Positions 1 to 8,587 of a DNA stretch of 32,000 bases are shown here, piece after piece. The stretch covers positions 30,001-62,000 of the forward strand of contig CAZHYN010000006.1 in the NCBI GenBank assembly GCA_964536865.1, written 5' to 3'. Below the pieces are notes generated by a model, which saw only the letters and a program-made list of their open reading frames with translations, made no database searches and was not told where the DNA came from. The first letter of the stretch is position 1; the number at the start of each line of letters is the position of its first letter. This DNA is from an uncultured Planctomycetia bacterium. GTDB lineage: Bacteria; Omnitrophota; Gorgyraeia; Duberdicusellales; 4484-171. A program made the position numbers and the translations under genes.

Positions 1-188
1 AAATTAAACAAAATTTCAGTAAAGAATGTTTTTATTTTCCTAAAGCTCACTTGGTAGAGGAAGTATTAGCTCTCTTAAAGGAGGGAGATTTAGTTTTGGC
101 TTTGGGGGCAGGAGATATAAATATTTTATTCAATGATATTATCGAAGAGTTTAAAAGGAATAAGGCTAAAGTATTACCCTCTCAATAA
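1..188 (+). CDS. murC: UDP-N-acetylmuramate--L-alanine ligase, C-terminal fragment (5' end outside window)
   Basis: The frame is open from nt 3 to TAA at 186-188. The translation ...LVEEVLALLKEGDLVLALGAGDINILFNDIIEEFKRN... resembles a Mur-ligase C-terminus (GAGDI). It sits directly upstream of murB-ddl. Confidence 0.55.
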   Translation, partial: IKQNFSKECFYFPKAHLVEEVLALLKEGDLVLALGAGDINILFNDIIEEFKRNKAKVLPSQ

Positions 189-1014
189 ACTATCCTTTTT
201 TAAAGTAGGAGGAAGGGCAAAGAATTTTTTCCTCCCCTCCCAGAAAGAAGATTTAATTCTTTTACTTAGAGAGTTAAATAAACAAAATATCCCCTGTTAT
301 GTTTTAGGGGAAGGCTCTAACGTTCTGATAAACGATGAGGGAATTATTAACTCGGTAGTAGTAAAGTTAGGGAAGGGATTCTTCTTTATAAACCGAATCG
401 ATAGTCTGACTTTAGAGGTAGGGACAGCTACTCTCTTTAGAGATTTGTTAGATTACTGTGTAAAAAATAATCTGGGAGGGTTGGAAACATTCGCTGGTAT
501 TCCTGCTACTGTGGGAGGAATGTGTGTAATGAATGCTTCTAGTTTTGGGAGGGAATTTTTCTCTTTCGTGGAAGAAGTAGAGGCAGTCTCTTTTCAAGGA
601 GAAGTAATGATTTTGAAGAAACATGAAATTAACTACGGATACAGGTATACCTCTCTTAGAGATTATATAGTTACCAAAGTGAAGCTGGTTTTAGAGAAAG
701 GAAAGTCACTCAAAGAGAGGGTAAAAGATTTCTTGAGAGAAAGAACAGAAAAGCAGGATCTTTCCTATCCTAGCTTAGGATGTGTATTTAAGAATCCTCC
801 TGGGATGTGGGCAGGGAAGCTTATCCAAGAGTGCGGGCTTAAAGGATTTGGTATTGGTTCTATCTTTGTGTCAGCTAAGCATGCAAATTTTATTTTAAAT
901 AAAGGGAGGGGTTCCTTCAGAGATGCTTTATCTGTGATAGAGAGAATAAAAAGAGAGGTTTATCAAAGATTCTCTGTAAAGTTAGAGGAAGAGATTGTAA
1001 TATGGGAGAGTTGA
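133..1014 (+). CDS. murB: UDP-N-acetylenolpyruvoylglucosamine reductase
   Basis: 293 aa with FKVGG, GEGSNVLI, INYGYRYTS and LGCVFKNP motifs typical of MurB. It lies in the dcw context. ATG 133 overlaps the murC tail by 56 nt, so the true start is uncertain. Confidence 0.88.
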   Translation: MILSKSLKGIRLKYYPLNKLSFFKVGGRAKNFFLPSQKEDLILLLRELNKQNIPCYVLGEGSNVLINDEGIINSVVVKLGKGFFFINRIDSLTLEVGTATLFRDLLDYCVKNNLGGLETFAGIPATVGGMCVMNASSFGREFFSFVEEVEAVSFQGEVMILKKHEINYGYRYTSLRDYIVTKVKLVLEKGKSLKERVKDFLRERTEKQDLSYPSLGCVFKNPPGMWAGKLIQECGLKGFGIGSIFVSAKHANFILNKGRGSFRDALSVIERIKREVYQRFSVKLEEEIVIWES

Positions 1015-1949
1015 ATTTAAAAGAGATTTGTGTAGGAGTGCTCCAAGGAGGAATTTCTGAAGAGAGAGATATATCTCTTTTGTCGGGAGAACAGGTTTAT
1101 CTTTCTTTAGAGAGACAGAAGATAAATGCCAAACCTATAGATATTTTTACTACCGATGAAAAAATAATTAGGAAGATAATCTATGAAGCAGAGATAGAAG
1201 TTGCTTTTATAGCTCTTCATGGAAGGTTTGGGGAAGATGGAGGGATACAGAGTATTTTAGAGAGAATGGATTTGCCTTACACAGGTTCAAAACCGTTAGC
1301 AAGTTATTTAGCTATGAACAAAATTGCTGCCAAGAAAAGATTTAAGAAAATAGGTGTTCCTACACCAGAGTTTTTAGTTATTAAAAGAGGGGATAGGGTA
1401 AACAAAAGTTTTAGTTTCCCCCAGGTTGTAAAACCTTACTTTAGTGGTTCTAGTCTGGGAGTTTCTATTGTCTACAATAAGTATCAGCTCAACCACGCCC
1501 TTGATAAGGCATTTTCCTTGGGAGAGAGGGTAATTTTAGAGAGTTATATCGAGGGAAGAGAATTTACCGTAGGGATACTAGAGGAAGAACCTTTGGGAGT
1601 AGTGGAAATTGTTTCCCAAAGTAGGTACTTTGACTTTACTACTAAGTACAGTGATAATTTAGCAGAATTTCTTGCCCCTGCCCCTTTAGATAAAGGAGTT
1701 TACTCTTGCATTCAGAGAGTAGCTTTAGAGGCACATAAAGCTTTAGGTTGTGAACACTTCTCCCGTGTAGATATAAGATTAAGCAGGGATAATACTCCTT
1801 TCGTTCTTGAGGTAAATTCTATTCCGGGGCTTACTCTCCACAGTTTGCTTCCCCTTTCAGCAAGATGTTATGGTATAGACTTTGACAGTTTGATAAAAAA
1901 AATGATAGTTTTAGCATTAGAGAGAGGAAGGGTAAAGGTTAATCAGTAG
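1002..1949 (+). CDS. ddl: D-alanine--D-alanine ligase (ATP-grasp)
   Basis: 315 aa with ALHGRFGEDGGIQSILE..LPYTGS, a central ATP-grasp region and a C-terminal EVNSIPGLT motif. It overlaps the murB stop by 13 nt. Confidence 0.9.
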   Translation: MGELNLKEICVGVLQGGISEERDISLLSGEQVYLSLERQKINAKPIDIFTTDEKIIRKIIYEAEIEVAFIALHGRFGEDGGIQSILERMDLPYTGSKPLASYLAMNKIAAKKRFKKIGVPTPEFLVIKRGDRVNKSFSFPQVVKPYFSGSSLGVSIVYNKYQLNHALDKAFSLGERVILESYIEGREFTVGILEEEPLGVVEIVSQSRYFDFTTKYSDNLAEFLAPAPLDKGVYSCIQRVALEAHKALGCEHFSRVDIRLSRDNTPFVLEVNSIPGLTLHSLLPLSARCYGIDFDSLIKKMIVLALERGRVKVNQ

Positions 1950-2708
1950 ATGAAGAAAAGAAGGAGAGAGATTTCTAAAAGATTTCTTTCTAAAAAAGTA
2001 TGGATATACATTTTGGCTATAACTGTTTTTACTGGGGCAATTTTATGGGTTAGATCTTTCTTCTATAAGGGAGAGAGAATAAAAGAAGTTAGACCTTTTC
2101 AAGTTAAAGAAGTAAAAGTGAAACCCCAGGAAAATAGGTTTCTAAAACATATTGAAAGATTAGTAAAAGGGAAGTCACTTCTTTTTCTTAATCTAGAGAT
2201 GGTTCGTCAGCATTTATTGAATTCTTATCCGCAAATTAAAGAGGTAAAGATAGTAAAAAAGTTTCCCCATCTTTTATTATTTGAGATAGAGACACGTGTT
2301 CCTTTCTTTCAAATAAAATGCGGAAGTACTTTCTATACTGTGGATAATCAATTCAGAATTATCGCAAAAGAAGATATTGTGTCAAAATCTCTAATCATTG
2401 TAGATATCGGCAGTTGTCCTTCTGGATCAGAAGAAGGAGAAGTTATTCAAGATCAAAGAGTTAGGAGAGCAGGAGAGTTAATAAAGATACTAAAAAATTT
2501 TAAATTTAAGGCAAATGCTATTATAGCTAAAGACTTGGAGAGTTTATCTTTTATCTGTAATGACACAAAAATCATTTTAGGTAGCAGTGATTTTCAAAAA
2601 AAATTAAAGCTTCTTACTTTACTTTTGAAAGACAGATTTAATAATACTTTATCTTCCCTAAGGTACATTGACTTAAGATATGATAAGGTATTTATTAAGA
2701 AAAGATGA
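1950..2708 (+). CDS. ftsQ: Cell division protein FtsQ/DivIB-like
   Basis: 252 aa with a basic N-terminus, one TM helix (VWIYILAITVFTGAILWV) and then a POTRA-like region. It occupies the canonical position between ddl and ftsA. Confidence 0.7.
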   Translation: MKKRRREISKRFLSKKVWIYILAITVFTGAILWVRSFFYKGERIKEVRPFQVKEVKVKPQENRFLKHIERLVKGKSLLFLNLEMVRQHLLNSYPQIKEVKIVKKFPHLLLFEIETRVPFFQIKCGSTFYTVDNQFRIIAKEDIVSKSLIIVDIGSCPSGSEEGEVIQDQRVRRAGELIKILKNFKFKANAIIAKDLESLSFICNDTKIILGSSDFQKKLKLLTLLLKDRFNNTLSSLRYIDLRYDKVFIKKR

Positions 2709-3856
2709 GAGGCTTATGCGGATTAGGGATAGAAAAAAATGTCCTAAAATTTCTTTTAATTTCCTATAATCGCAATAATTTTTTTCCTCTTTATCAAGGA
2801 GAAATTCCTTCCTCTTCCACTGGACTGGTGGAAATCATCAGAGGAAGCATTGATTCTTTAGAGGAGATATTAAGAAGAGAGGAAAAAAAGTATTCTTTAG
2901 GGATAGAGAGAATCTATCTTCGTTTACCTATAAATTTAGCTACAGTAAAGATAATCGAAGATATTGTTCCTCTTTCTTCTTTTGGGAAGAAAATAATTAC
3001 TCGTAAGGTTATAGATTCAGCTAAACAATACATAGAGAATGCAAATTTGGAGTTAAATCATTTCTGTATTCACCATATTATTTTAGAATATAAAGTAGAT
3101 GGGAAGACATATTTTGATTTGCCTCCCAGCTTGGAGAGTCATAAAATGAACGTCAAAAGTTATATTGTTTATACAGAAAGAAAACTGCTTACTCAGCTAA
3201 AAGAAATTTTTGAGAATGTAGGAAGAAAACTTTCAAGGGTAGTATTTGCTCCTATTGGAGATTTAAGTGTAGAATTTGGTAAAAGAGATTATTCTTCATT
3301 GTTGGCTACAGTAAACATAGGGGAAGAAGATACTCTTATTTCACTGTTAGTAGAGAATAGAATTGACTTTAGTGTTTTTAGGTTTGGAAGGGAGGATTTA
3401 ATAAAAGAGATAGAGAGAAGTTTTGCTTTTTCTCCTGGAGTCTCTTCCGAAATTCTTAATTGTTACCTGTCTTTTTCCAGCCCATCCTTTAGTAAAGAGA
3501 TAGTGATAAAAAAGGATGAAGAAAAATATATGAATGTAAGTTTGGAAAGTATAAACTCTACTATTAAGAAAACAATGACGGAGAAGTTGATACAACTCCT
3601 ATCCTTTTTAGAAAGATCCTCCTCCAAGAGTAGAAAGGTTTTATTCTTAGGGAAAGTTCCTTCCCTAAGGGGATTCTATGAATTTATCCAGAAGTGTTTT
3701 CCTACAATAGAGATAGTTATACCTCAATTTAGGTTACCTAATTTAGCTTTATTAGGGGTGATAAAGTATGGAATTAGGAGATTTCTGGAAAATGTTGACT
3801 ATCCTGGTCAATCTGTGTGGAGTAGGCTTCTTCAATTATACAGGGAATACTTTTAA
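2705..3856 (+). CDS. ftsA: Divergent FtsA-like actin-family cell division protein
   Basis: 383 aa in the position after ftsQ with a 4-nt overlap. It has an actin/SHS2-like layout and a C-terminal amphipathic tail (SVWSRLLQLYREYF). Similarity to canonical FtsA is weak by eye. Confidence 0.55.
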   Translation: MRGLCGLGIEKNVLKFLLISYNRNNFFPLYQGEIPSSSTGLVEIIRGSIDSLEEILRREEKKYSLGIERIYLRLPINLATVKIIEDIVPLSSFGKKIITRKVIDSAKQYIENANLELNHFCIHHIILEYKVDGKTYFDLPPSLESHKMNVKSYIVYTERKLLTQLKEIFENVGRKLSRVVFAPIGDLSVEFGKRDYSSLLATVNIGEEDTLISLLVENRIDFSVFRFGREDLIKEIERSFAFSPGVSSEILNCYLSFSSPSFSKEIVIKKDEEKYMNVSLESINSTIKKTMTEKLIQLLSFLERSSSKSRKVLFLGKVPSLRGFYEFIQKCFPTIEIVIPQFRLPNLALLGVIKYGIRRFLENVDYPGQSVWSRLLQLYREYF

Positions 3857-3878
3857 AGACACTCCATATAAAACCTCG

Positions 3879-3907
3879 TTGCTCTTCCAACTAAATTGTG
3901 TTAAAAT
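3879..3907 (+). promoter_or_regulatory. Putative sigma70-type promoter (TTGCTC-N17-TAAAAT) for the hldA-kds operon
   Basis: The hexamers and 17-nt spacer were read directly from the sequence. It lies ~30 nt upstream of ATG 3938, in the only gap after ftsA. Confidence 0.4.
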
Positions 3908-3937
3908 ACACTCTCTATAAAATAAATATTTTGAGTC

Positions 3938-4948
3938 ATGAAGGTAAGTAAGATTCGGTTAAGGAAAGTCTTTAGAAAGTGGAAAAGTAAAAGAATTCTT
4001 GTGATAGGTGACCTTATCTTAGACCATTATATTTTTGGTCAAGCAGAGAGAATTTCTCCTGAGGCTCCTGTTCCAGTAATCCGTGTTAGCCAAGAGAAAT
4101 TTTTAGGAGGAGGTGCGGTAAATGTAGCATTTAATTTAATGGATTTAGGAGCCAGGGTAACTCTCTGTGGAATAGTGGGCAAAGATTATTTTGGCAATAC
4201 CCTCCTGTCTCTCCTTAAAAAGAGGAGGATGGATACCAGTTTAATTTTTACAGATAAATACAGACCTACAACTTTGAAAGCAAGAATTATAGCTCAACAT
4301 CAACAGGTAGTAAGAGTGGATTGGGAGACTAAAGAGTCTCTTCATTTAGAGCTTACCGGTAGAGTTTTAAAGAAAATAAAAAAAATAGTGGATATGGTGG
4401 AGGGGATAATAATAGAAGATTACGGTAAAGGCATGATAAATTCCTATCTGGTAGAAAATTTAGTTAAGTTGTGTAAGAGGAGAAAGAAGGTAATTACAGT
4501 GGATCCTAAGGAAGAACACTTTAGCTACTATGAAGATGTAACTGCCTTAACTCCTAATTTAAAAGAGGCAGAGATAGCCGCTAATATGCGCCTTAAATCT
4601 AAGGAAGAGATAAATCTCTTAGGAAGATTAATTTTAGATGAGCTAAGGCCACAAGCTCTCCTTATCACTTTAGGAGAAGAAGGGATGAGGTTGTTTTTAA
4701 AAGAAGGAGGAGTTTATCATATCCCCACCTATGCTTTGGAGGTTTATGATGTTACAGGAGCAGGGGATACAGTGATAGCAGTTTTTACTTTAGCACTTCT
4801 TGGGGGAGCCTCTTTTTTGGAAGCAAGTATAATTTCTAATCTTGCTGCAGGAGTGGTAGTAGGAAAGTTAGGAGCTTCTACCACTAGCTGTTCAGAACTT
4901 ATTAGAAAAATGAATAATACAGATATCAAAATTTATAAGATAAAGTGA
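3938..4948 (+). CDS. hldA: D-glycero-beta-D-manno-heptose-7-phosphate kinase (RfaE domain I, PfkB family), stand-alone
   Basis: 336 aa. ILVIGDLILDHY..G...RISPEAPVPV at the N-terminus and DVTGAGDTVIAVF near the C-terminus are typical of the HldE kinase domain. No adenylyltransferase domain is fused. Confidence 0.8.
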   Translation: MKVSKIRLRKVFRKWKSKRILVIGDLILDHYIFGQAERISPEAPVPVIRVSQEKFLGGGAVNVAFNLMDLGARVTLCGIVGKDYFGNTLLSLLKKRRMDTSLIFTDKYRPTTLKARIIAQHQQVVRVDWETKESLHLELTGRVLKKIKKIVDMVEGIIIEDYGKGMINSYLVENLVKLCKRRKKVITVDPKEEHFSYYEDVTALTPNLKEAEIAANMRLKSKEEINLLGRLILDELRPQALLITLGEEGMRLFLKEGGVYHIPTYALEVYDVTGAGDTVIAVFTLALLGGASFLEASIISNLAAGVVVGKLGASTTSCSELIRKMNNTDIKIYKIK

Positions 4949-4951
4949 TAT

Positions 4952-5692
4952 ATGGAGGTAATTGGGGTAATTCCTGCAAGACACTATTCTCGGAGATTGC
5001 CAGGAAAGTTATTGAAACTACTTTTGGGTAAACCTTTGTTGCAGTGGACATGGGAAAGTGCTAAAAAATCTTCTAGTTTAGATAGACTTATCATTGCCTG
5101 TGATAGTGAAGAAATAAAAAATGTTGCTCAAGGTTTTGGCGCTGAAGTTGTACTTACTTCTGAGAAACATACCTCGGGCACAGATAGAATAGCTGAAGCA
5201 GTGAGAGATATTGACGTGAATTTTGTAATAAATATCCAAGCAGATGAACCTTTAATTCATTACTCAGCTATAGATACCTTGGTAGAGGAGTTAAAAAATA
5301 ACCCTAAACTAGTAATGGTCACTCTAAAGAAAGAAATTAGCGAGGGGGGAGAAGTTAATAATCCAAATGTAGTTAAAGTAGTTACAGATAGAGAGGGTTT
5401 CGCTCTTTATTTCTCCCGATTTCCTATTCCTTATAGAAGAGATAGTGAAGTAACTCCTACCTACTATAAACATATTGGGATTTATGGTTACGCTAAAGAT
5501 TTCTTATACATTTTTAAAAATCTTCCTCCCTCTTCTTTAGAGAATGCAGAAAAGTTAGAGCAGTTAAGAGCGTTAGAAGCAGGGTATAGAATTAAGGTAG
5601 TCACTACTCAATTTGATTCGTGGGGGGTAGATACTGAGGAAGATTTTAAAAAGGTAGAGTGGATACTTACTCAGAGAGGTTACCGCCCATAA
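4952..5692 (+). CDS. kdsB: 3-deoxy-manno-octulosonate cytidylyltransferase (CMP-Kdo synthetase)
   Basis: 246 aa with GVIPARHYSRRLPGK, SGTDRIAEA, NIQADEPL and KLEQLRALE motifs. Confidence 0.9.
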   Translation: MEVIGVIPARHYSRRLPGKLLKLLLGKPLLQWTWESAKKSSSLDRLIIACDSEEIKNVAQGFGAEVVLTSEKHTSGTDRIAEAVRDIDVNFVINIQADEPLIHYSAIDTLVEELKNNPKLVMVTLKKEISEGGEVNNPNVVKVVTDREGFALYFSRFPIPYRRDSEVTPTYYKHIGIYGYAKDFLYIFKNLPPSSLENAEKLEQLRALEAGYRIKVVTTQFDSWGVDTEEDFKKVEWILTQRGYRP

Positions 5693-5704
5693 ATAAACCT
5701 TGAG

Positions 5705-6487
5705 ATGAAAAAGTTTATTCTTATCGCAGGGCCTTGTGTAATAGAGAATAAAAGTATTACTTTAGAAATAGCTAGTTACCTTAAAGAAGTTACTTCTAAG
5801 TACCCTTTGAGTTTCATTTTTAAGGCAAGCTTTGATAAAGCAAATCGTACTTCTCTCAAATCTTATCGAGGTCCTGGTCTTAAGAAGGGAATTAAGATTT
5901 TAGAAGAGGTAAAAAAGAGATTTTCTGTTTCTATTTTGAGTGATGTTCATTGTCGGTATCAGGTAAGAGAGGTAAAGGATGTTTTAGATGTAATTCAGAT
6001 ACCTGCTTATCTTTCTCGCCAGACAGACTTAATTTTAGAAGTAGCAAAGGCAAAAAAGAGAGTAAATGTCAAGAAAGCGCAATTTATGTCTCCATATGAT
6101 ATCAAATATGTTATAGAGAAGATTACCTCTGTGGGTAATAATAAAATTTTCCTCACCGAAAGAGGAAGTTGTTTTGGTTACAATAATTTAGTGGTTGATT
6201 TCCGTTCTCTTCTTATTATGAAGGAATTTGGTTACCCTGTAATTTTTGACGCTACCCATTCTTTGCAGAGACCTTCTGCCAAGAGAGGAATTTCGGGAGG
6301 CGATAGAAAATTTGTTTTACCTATGAGTTTAGCTGCTATTGCCTGTGGGTGTGATGGTCTTTTCTTAGAAGTTCATCCTCATCCCCAGCGTGCTCTCTCA
6401 GATAGATATACTTCTTTTCCTTTAAATCGTATTGAGGATCTTATAAAAAAAGTTTTAGAAGTTAGGAGGGTAATAGGTGAGAAGTAA
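5705..6487 (+). CDS. kdsA: 2-dehydro-3-deoxyphosphooctonate aldolase (Kdo-8-P synthase)
   Basis: 260 aa with AGPCVIE, FKASFDKANRTS, IQIPAYLSRQTDL, FDATHSLQ and GLFLEVHP motifs. Confidence 0.92.
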   Translation: MKKFILIAGPCVIENKSITLEIASYLKEVTSKYPLSFIFKASFDKANRTSLKSYRGPGLKKGIKILEEVKKRFSVSILSDVHCRYQVREVKDVLDVIQIPAYLSRQTDLILEVAKAKKRVNVKKAQFMSPYDIKYVIEKITSVGNNKIFLTERGSCFGYNNLVVDFRSLLIMKEFGYPVIFDATHSLQRPSAKRGISGGDRKFVLPMSLAAIACGCDGLFLEVHPHPQRALSDRYTSFPLNRIEDLIKKVLEVRRVIGEK

Positions 6488-7457
6488 GAAAGATAAAAGT
6501 ATTCTAAAGTGGGCAGAAGAAGTTCTTTCTATAGAGGGAAAAGCTCTGTACTCCTTAAAGAAATCATTAAGTAGAAGGTTTATTAAGGCTGTAGAATTGG
6601 TTTCTAAGTGTTCAGGAAGGGTGGTAGTTACAGGTATGGGCAAAGCAGGTATTATTGGTCAGAAATTCTCGGCTACTTTAGCAAGTTTTGGGTTCTCTTC
6701 TTTCTGGCTTCATCCTGCAGAAGCAGTTCATGGAGATTTAGGAAGGATAAGGGAAGACGATGTAGTGGTGGTACTTTCCTATAGTGGAGAAACAGAAGAG
6801 ATAAAAAACTTAATACCTTTTGTTAAAAAAATTGGAGCAAGAGTGGTAGCTATTACAGGAAATGAAAGATCTAGTTTAGCAAAATATTCCGATGCTCTCA
6901 TAAATACAAAAGTAGAGAAGGAAGCCTGCCCCTTAGGATTAGCTCCTACTACCTCTACCACAGCGATGCTAGCTATTTGTGATGCTATTGCTGTAGTGCT
7001 ACAGAAGTTGAAAGGATTGAAAGAAAAAGATTTTGCTTTCTTTCATCCTCAAGGTTCACTGGGTAGGAAACTCCTTCTTAAGGTGAGAGATATTATGAGG
7101 AAAGGTAAATTTAATCCTATAGTTAAAGAAGATGCTTTAATAAAAGAGGTGTTAATAAAAATAACTTCTTCTCATGCAGGAGCAGCTTCAGTGGTAAATA
7201 AAGATAAGAAGTTAGTGGGGATATTTACTGATGGTGATTTAAGGAGACACTTAGAAAGAGATCCTTATATTTTAGAGAGAAGAGTTAAAGAAGTTATGAC
7301 TAAAAATCCTGTAGTAGTGAAAGATGATGATTTAGCCAGTAGTGCATTAAAGGTTTTAGAATCAAAAAAGATAGATGAGGTTCCTGTTGTTGATAGCCAA
7401 GGTCGATGTGTAGGAATGCTTGATGTTCAGGATTTAATATCTGCAGGATTAATTTGA
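6477..7457 (+). CDS. kdsD: Arabinose-5-phosphate isomerase (SIS domain + tandem CBS)
   Basis: 326 aa with a GTG start 7-13 nt after AGGAGGG. It has the SIS motif VVVTGMGKAGIIGQK..S.SGET and two C-terminal CBS repeats. Confidence 0.85.
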   Translation: MRSKKDKSILKWAEEVLSIEGKALYSLKKSLSRRFIKAVELVSKCSGRVVVTGMGKAGIIGQKFSATLASFGFSSFWLHPAEAVHGDLGRIREDDVVVVLSYSGETEEIKNLIPFVKKIGARVVAITGNERSSLAKYSDALINTKVEKEACPLGLAPTTSTTAMLAICDAIAVVLQKLKGLKEKDFAFFHPQGSLGRKLLLKVRDIMRKGKFNPIVKEDALIKEVLIKITSSHAGAASVVNKDKKLVGIFTDGDLRRHLERDPYILERRVKEVMTKNPVVVKDDDLASSALKVLESKKIDEVPVVDSQGRCVGMLDVQDLISAGLI

Positions 7458-7993
7458 TGAGTAAAATATTAGAAAGATTTAAAAGAGTTAAACTTCTTGT
7501 TTTGGATGTCGACGGGGTCCTAACAAAAGGAGAGATAATCTATGACAATCAAGATAAAGAGTTGAAGATTTTTAATGTTAAGGATGGTTTGTCCGTTTTT
7601 TTGTTAAATAAAGTAGGTATAAACACGATTTTTCTTACTGCTAAAAATAGTAAAGTGGTAAGAAAGAGAGCTAAAGATATGGGAGTAAGAGAAGTAATAG
7701 GAGGAATCCTTCCTAAGAGTAAAGCCATAGAGAAAATCAAGAAAAAGTATAAGCTTAAAAAGGATGAAATATGCTTTATAGGCGATGATTTAATAGACAT
7801 GAGTGCGATGAAAAGAGTGGGATTACCTATAGCAGTAAGAGACGCCCCTGGAGAGGTAAAAAGGTGTGCTTTGTACGTAACTAAAAATAGAGGAGGAGAG
7901 GGAGCGGTAAGAGAAGTAGTGGAGTGCATCCTTAAGGCGAAGAACCTTTGGAAGAAGATAGTAGGAGAAATAGATAGTCTTATAGATAGATAA
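7457..7993 (+). CDS. kdsC: Kdo-8-phosphate phosphatase (HAD-IIIA)
   Basis: It has the HAD motif LLVLDVDGVLT, then FIGDDLIDM. The ORF track starts at TTG 7454; ATG 7457 overlaps the kdsD stop as TGATG. Confidence 0.8.
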   Translation: MSKILERFKRVKLLVLDVDGVLTKGEIIYDNQDKELKIFNVKDGLSVFLLNKVGINTIFLTAKNSKVVRKRAKDMGVREVIGGILPKSKAIEKIKKKYKLKKDEICFIGDDLIDMSAMKRVGLPIAVRDAPGEVKRCALYVTKNRGGEGAVREVVECILKAKNLWKKIVGEIDSLIDR

Positions 7994-8137
7994 TAGATGT
8001 TTATCTATCCCATATCCATATTGATGAGTTAGTATGTTTCCTATTAAAAACAGATCAAGAGGGTCTATTCTGATAAAAAGTTTTATCTTCCCTTTCTTGA
8101 AAAATTTTTAAAATTATGGTTTATATTAAAAGGGAAT

Positions 8138-8482
8138 ATGAGAAATGTAGCCTTTCTTTTAATTATAATTTTGTTTTTGTTCGCAGGGTCTCTACCAAGC
8201 TTTTCTCAAGAAGAGAATATACTTCTTTTAAAATTAAATCTTTTTGCTTCTAATCGGAATGGAGAAGATTTTTTAAATCTACTCATTACTCTATTTGGAC
8301 CTCCCCAGAAGGTATTTAATTATCAGGGGTTAGACGTTTGGTTTTATCAGGAGTTAGATACTGCTCTCTTGAGTGAACCTATGGAAGAGGTATATTTACT
8401 TTTTCAAGGAAGAAAGCTTATCAAGATAGAGAAAGCCACCTCCCCCTTAAATCCTTACAATCAATTTGCTGTTTATCCTTAA
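8138..8482 (+). CDS. Small secreted hypothetical protein
   Basis: 114 aa with an N-terminal signal-like segment (MRNVAFLLIIILFLFAGSLPSFSQE). I recognised no family. Confidence 0.45.
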   Translation: MRNVAFLLIIILFLFAGSLPSFSQEENILLLKLNLFASNRNGEDFLNLLITLFGPPQKVFNYQGLDVWFYQELDTALLSEPMEEVYLLFQGRKLIKIEKATSPLNPYNQFAVYP

Positions 8483-8529
8483 GCTTCTACTCTCTCCCAA
8501 AATTTTGATTTTTCAAGTTCTCTATTTAG

Positions 8530-8538
8530 TGCTATAAT
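8530..8538 (+). promoter_or_regulatory. Possible extended -10 promoter element (TGcTATAAT)
   Basis: TGCTATAAT was read at 8530-8538, ~50 nt upstream of ATG 8588. There is no good -35. Confidence 0.3.
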
Positions 8539-8587
8539 TAAATGCTTTAAGAGTGAGATAAGAGAAAGATTTCATTCCTATTCAGGG

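Noticed and set aside
8483-8587. A c-di-GMP or other riboswitch in the leader of the PAS-GGDEF-HD-GYP gene.
   Set aside because: The 105-nt leader is AT-rich, with no GC-paired helices or conserved riboswitch cores that I can recognise.
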